Position numbers and translations under genes: made by a program. DNA of 63,212 nt, counting the filler, from Chiloscyllium plagiosum (lineage: Eukaryota): assembly GCF_004010195.1 (NCBI RefSeq). It is 5 parts of one record of this genome, joined end to end, with 100 filler letters (N's around TTAATTAATTAA, not from the genome) between each part and the next. Parts side by side here need not be neighbours in the genome. Positions count along the whole stretch, not along the records: positions 59,431 to 63,212 come from NC_057713.1; 4 more parts are not named here. One strand, written 5' to 3'. How positions within the stretch are numbered: the stretch's first letter is position 1; every line of letters starts with the position of its first letter. The notes below the pieces were generated by a model, which had not been told where the DNA came from, did not search any database, and saw only the letters and a program-made list of their open reading frames with translations. Of this stretch, positions 60,186 through 63,212 are shown piece by piece.

Positions 60186-62722
60186 TGAAAAGTAGCGGAC
60201 CCAGCACCGATCCTTGTGGCACTCCACTGGTCACAGGCCTCCAGTCTGAAAAACAACCCTCCACCACCACCCTCTGACTTCTACCTTTGAGCCAGTTCTG
60301 TAACCAAATGGCTCCTTTTCTCTGTATTCCATGAGATCTAACCTTGCTAACCTGTCTCCCATGGGGAATCTTGTTGAATGCCTTACTGAATTCCATATAG
60401 ATCATGTCCACCACTCTTCCCTCATCAATCCTCTTTGTTACTTCTTCAAAAAAATTATTCAAGTTTGTGAGACGTGATTTCCCACGCACAATGCCATGTT
60501 GACTATCCTTTATCAGTCCTTGCCTTCCCAAATACATGTACATCCTGTCCCTCAGGATTCCCTCTAACAACTTGCCCACCACTGATGTCAAGCTCACCAG
60601 TCTATAATTCCCCAGATTTTCCTTACCACCTTTCTTAAATAGTGGCACCATGTTAGCCAATCCTTCCTCCAGTCTTCTGGCACCTCACCTGTGACTATCA
60701 ATTATACAAATATCTCAGTAAGAGGCCCAGCAATCACTTCTCTAGCTTCCCACAGAGTTCTCCGGTACACCCGATCAGGTCCTGGGGATTTATCCACTTT
60801 CATGCATTTCAAGACACCCAGCACTTCCTCCTGTGTAATTTTTCAAGGTGTCACCATCTGTTTCCCTCCATTCTATATCTTCCATGTCCTTCTCCACAGT
60901 AAACACTAATGCAAAATACTCATTTAGTATCTCCTCCATCTCCTGTAGCGAAACACATATGCTGCCTTGCTGATCTTTGAGGGGCTCTTTTCTCTCCCTA
61001 GTTACCCTTTTGTCCTTAATGTATTTATAAAAGCCCTTTGGATTATCCTTAACCATATTTGCCAAAGCTATCTCATGTCCCCTTTTTGCCCTCTTGATTT
61101 CCCTCTTAAGTATACTCCTACTGCCTTTTATACTCTTCTAAGGATTCATTCAATGTATCCTGACTATACCTGACATATGCTTCCTTCTTTTTCTTAACCA
61201 AACCCTCAATTTCTCTAGTCATCCAGCATTCTCTATACCTACCAGCCTTCCCTTTCACCCTGACAGGAATATACTTTCTCTAGATTCTTGTTATCTCATT
61301 TCTGAAGGCTTCCCATTTTCCAGCCGTCCCTTTACCTGTGAACATCTGCCCTCAATCAACTTTTGAAAGTTCTTGCTGAATGCCGTCAAAATTGGCCTTC
61401 CTCCAATTTAGACCTTCAACATTTAGATCTGGTCTATCCTTTTCCATCACTATTCTGGATCAGTGGTGCTGGAAGAGCACAGCAGTTCAGGCAGCATCCA
61501 ATGAGCAGTGAAATCGACGGGCAAAAGTCCTTTTTACCTCTTTTCCATCACTATTTTAAAATTAATAGAGTTATGGTCGCTGACCCCAAAGTGCTCCCCG
61601 ACTGACCCCTCAGTCACCTGCCCTGCTGTATTTCCCAAGAGTAGGTCAAGTTTTACACCTTCTCTAGTAGATTCATCCACATACTGAATCAGAAAATTGT
61701 CTTGTCCACACTTAACAACTTCCTCTCCATCTAAACCTTTAACACAATGGCAGTCCCAGTCCATGTTTGGAAAGTTAAAATCCCTTAGCATAACCACCCT
61801 ATTATTCTTACAGATATCTGAGATCTCCTTACAAATTTGTTTCTCAATTTCCCTCTGACTATTAGGGGATCTATAATACAATCCCAATAACGTGATCATC
61901 CCTTTCTTATTTCTCAGTTCCAGCCAAATTACTTCCATGGACGTATTTCCAGGAAAATCCATTCAAAAACACCACTCCCCCTCCACTCTTGCACTCCCCG
62001 CGCCTCCACCCTTTCTGTCCTTCCTGTAGCATTTGTTTCCTGGAACATTAAGCTGCCAGTCCTGCCCATCCCTGAGCCGTGTTTCTGTAATTGCTATGAT
62101 ATCCCAGTCCCACGTTCCTAACTATGCCCTGAGTTCATCTGCCTTCCCGTCATTGCATTGAAATAAATGCAGTACAACTTATCAGTTCAACCTTGTTCTC
62201 TGCTTTGTCTCTGCCTGTCCTGACTGTTTGACTTGCTCCCTTTCCCAATTGTACCAGTCTCAGATTGATCTCTTTCCTCACTATCTCCATAGGACCCACC
62301 CCACTTTACTCGTTTAAATCCTCCCGAGCAGCTCTCGCAAATCTCCCCATCAATATATTACGCCCCTTCCAATTCAGGTGCAATCTGTCCTTCTTGTAAA
62401 GGTCACTTTTACTTCATCACAAACAGCAAAGGCAGTAACTGTGCAGATTCACTGCTATGTCAGTTAGCAGTGCAGGTCTCTCTCTCTCTCTCTCCTTCAC
62501 TGACCATATGCTGCCTTTTGTCTGTTGTTCTCCCTTTCAAAAGTGCTGTTGCTTTGACCTTTTCGCTCCAAAGTTCCAAAACACTGTGACACCATATAAA
62601 ACAGTAATTGCTGCTCCTGAAATTTGAGGAAATCACCTCCAACACCCAAAATACCTGGAAAAAGGAATAGCTCTTCCTGCCAGAACTTTTTCCCATCCTC
62701 CATCTTGGATTACCCAGAATCC
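60186..62722 (-). mobile_element. CR1 LINE 5' part (5' UTR, APE endonuclease, RT N-terminal half) with a small Penelope-derived insert
   Basis: LGLYYRSPN..DFNFP..LDLLL, NYRLVSLTSVVGK and SGVPQGSVLGPLLF. Insert at 61455-61539 flanked by the 16-bp TSD CTTTTCCATCACTATT. Confidence 0.9.
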
Positions 62723-62867
62723 TTCATGTTGAAATTGAAAGTTTAATATATCCATACATAATGTGGAGTTCAGATTCACAGACCCTTTGGTCTAACCTGT
62801 CCACGCTGACCATGCTCCCAAACTAAACTAGTCCCACCTGCCTGAGCTTGGCCCATATCCCTCCAAA

Positions 62868-63212
62868 TCCCTCACTTCTGTTGTGGGCAAAGTCTTAGAG
62901 AGAATTGTAAGGGATAGGATTTATGAACATCTGGATAGGAATAATGTGATCAAGGATAGTCAGCATGATTTTGTGAAGGGCAGGTCGTGCCTCACAGAGC
63001 TTATTGAATTCTTTGAGAAGGTGACTAAGGAGGTAGACGAGGGTAAAGAGGTAGATGTGGTGTATATGGATTTTAGAAAGGCGTTTGATAAGGTTCCCCA
63101 TGGTAGACTACTGCAAAAAATACAGAGGTATGGCATTGAGGGTGAGTTGGAGGTTTGGATTAGGAATTGACTGGCTGGAAGAAGACAGAGGGTAGTAGTG
63201 GATGGCAAAGGT
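62868..63212 (+). mobile_element. CR1 RT fragment (continues off the window)
   Basis: SQHDFVKGRSCLTELIEFF..DVVYMDFRKAFDKVPH. Confidence 0.92.

Overview
Repeat-rich vertebrate genomic DNA, very probably from a shark: it carries many HE1-type V-SINEs plus CR1, Rex1 and Penelope elements. Two intact protein-coding genes are present. C7orf25/UPF0415 lies on the minus strand, with an inferred 11-nt coding first exon at 9558-9568 and a main exon at 6946-8233. A two-exon telethonin (TCAP)-like gene of 192 aa lies on the plus strand (20467-20615 + 21614-22043); the ORF track shows only its second half. Reading the minus strand by eye revealed two decayed genes that the ORF track does not resolve. The first is a roughly 7-exon gene of unrecognised family (57470 to about 38000) with largely consistent splice phases, a repeated CxxC..LK...VAQL motif and mostly TGA stops. 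The second is an Ig-like exon truncated by a young CR1 (30407-30599). Also present: a long retroviral-type 5' LTR with a tRNA-Pro-like primer binding site running into an assembly gap, many Penelope-associated hammerhead ribozyme motifs, a 188-bp tandem monomer array, and Harbinger, Tigger-like MITE and Gypsy remnants. All calls come from manual reading and recalled family knowledge, with no database searches. Repeat boundaries are approximate.
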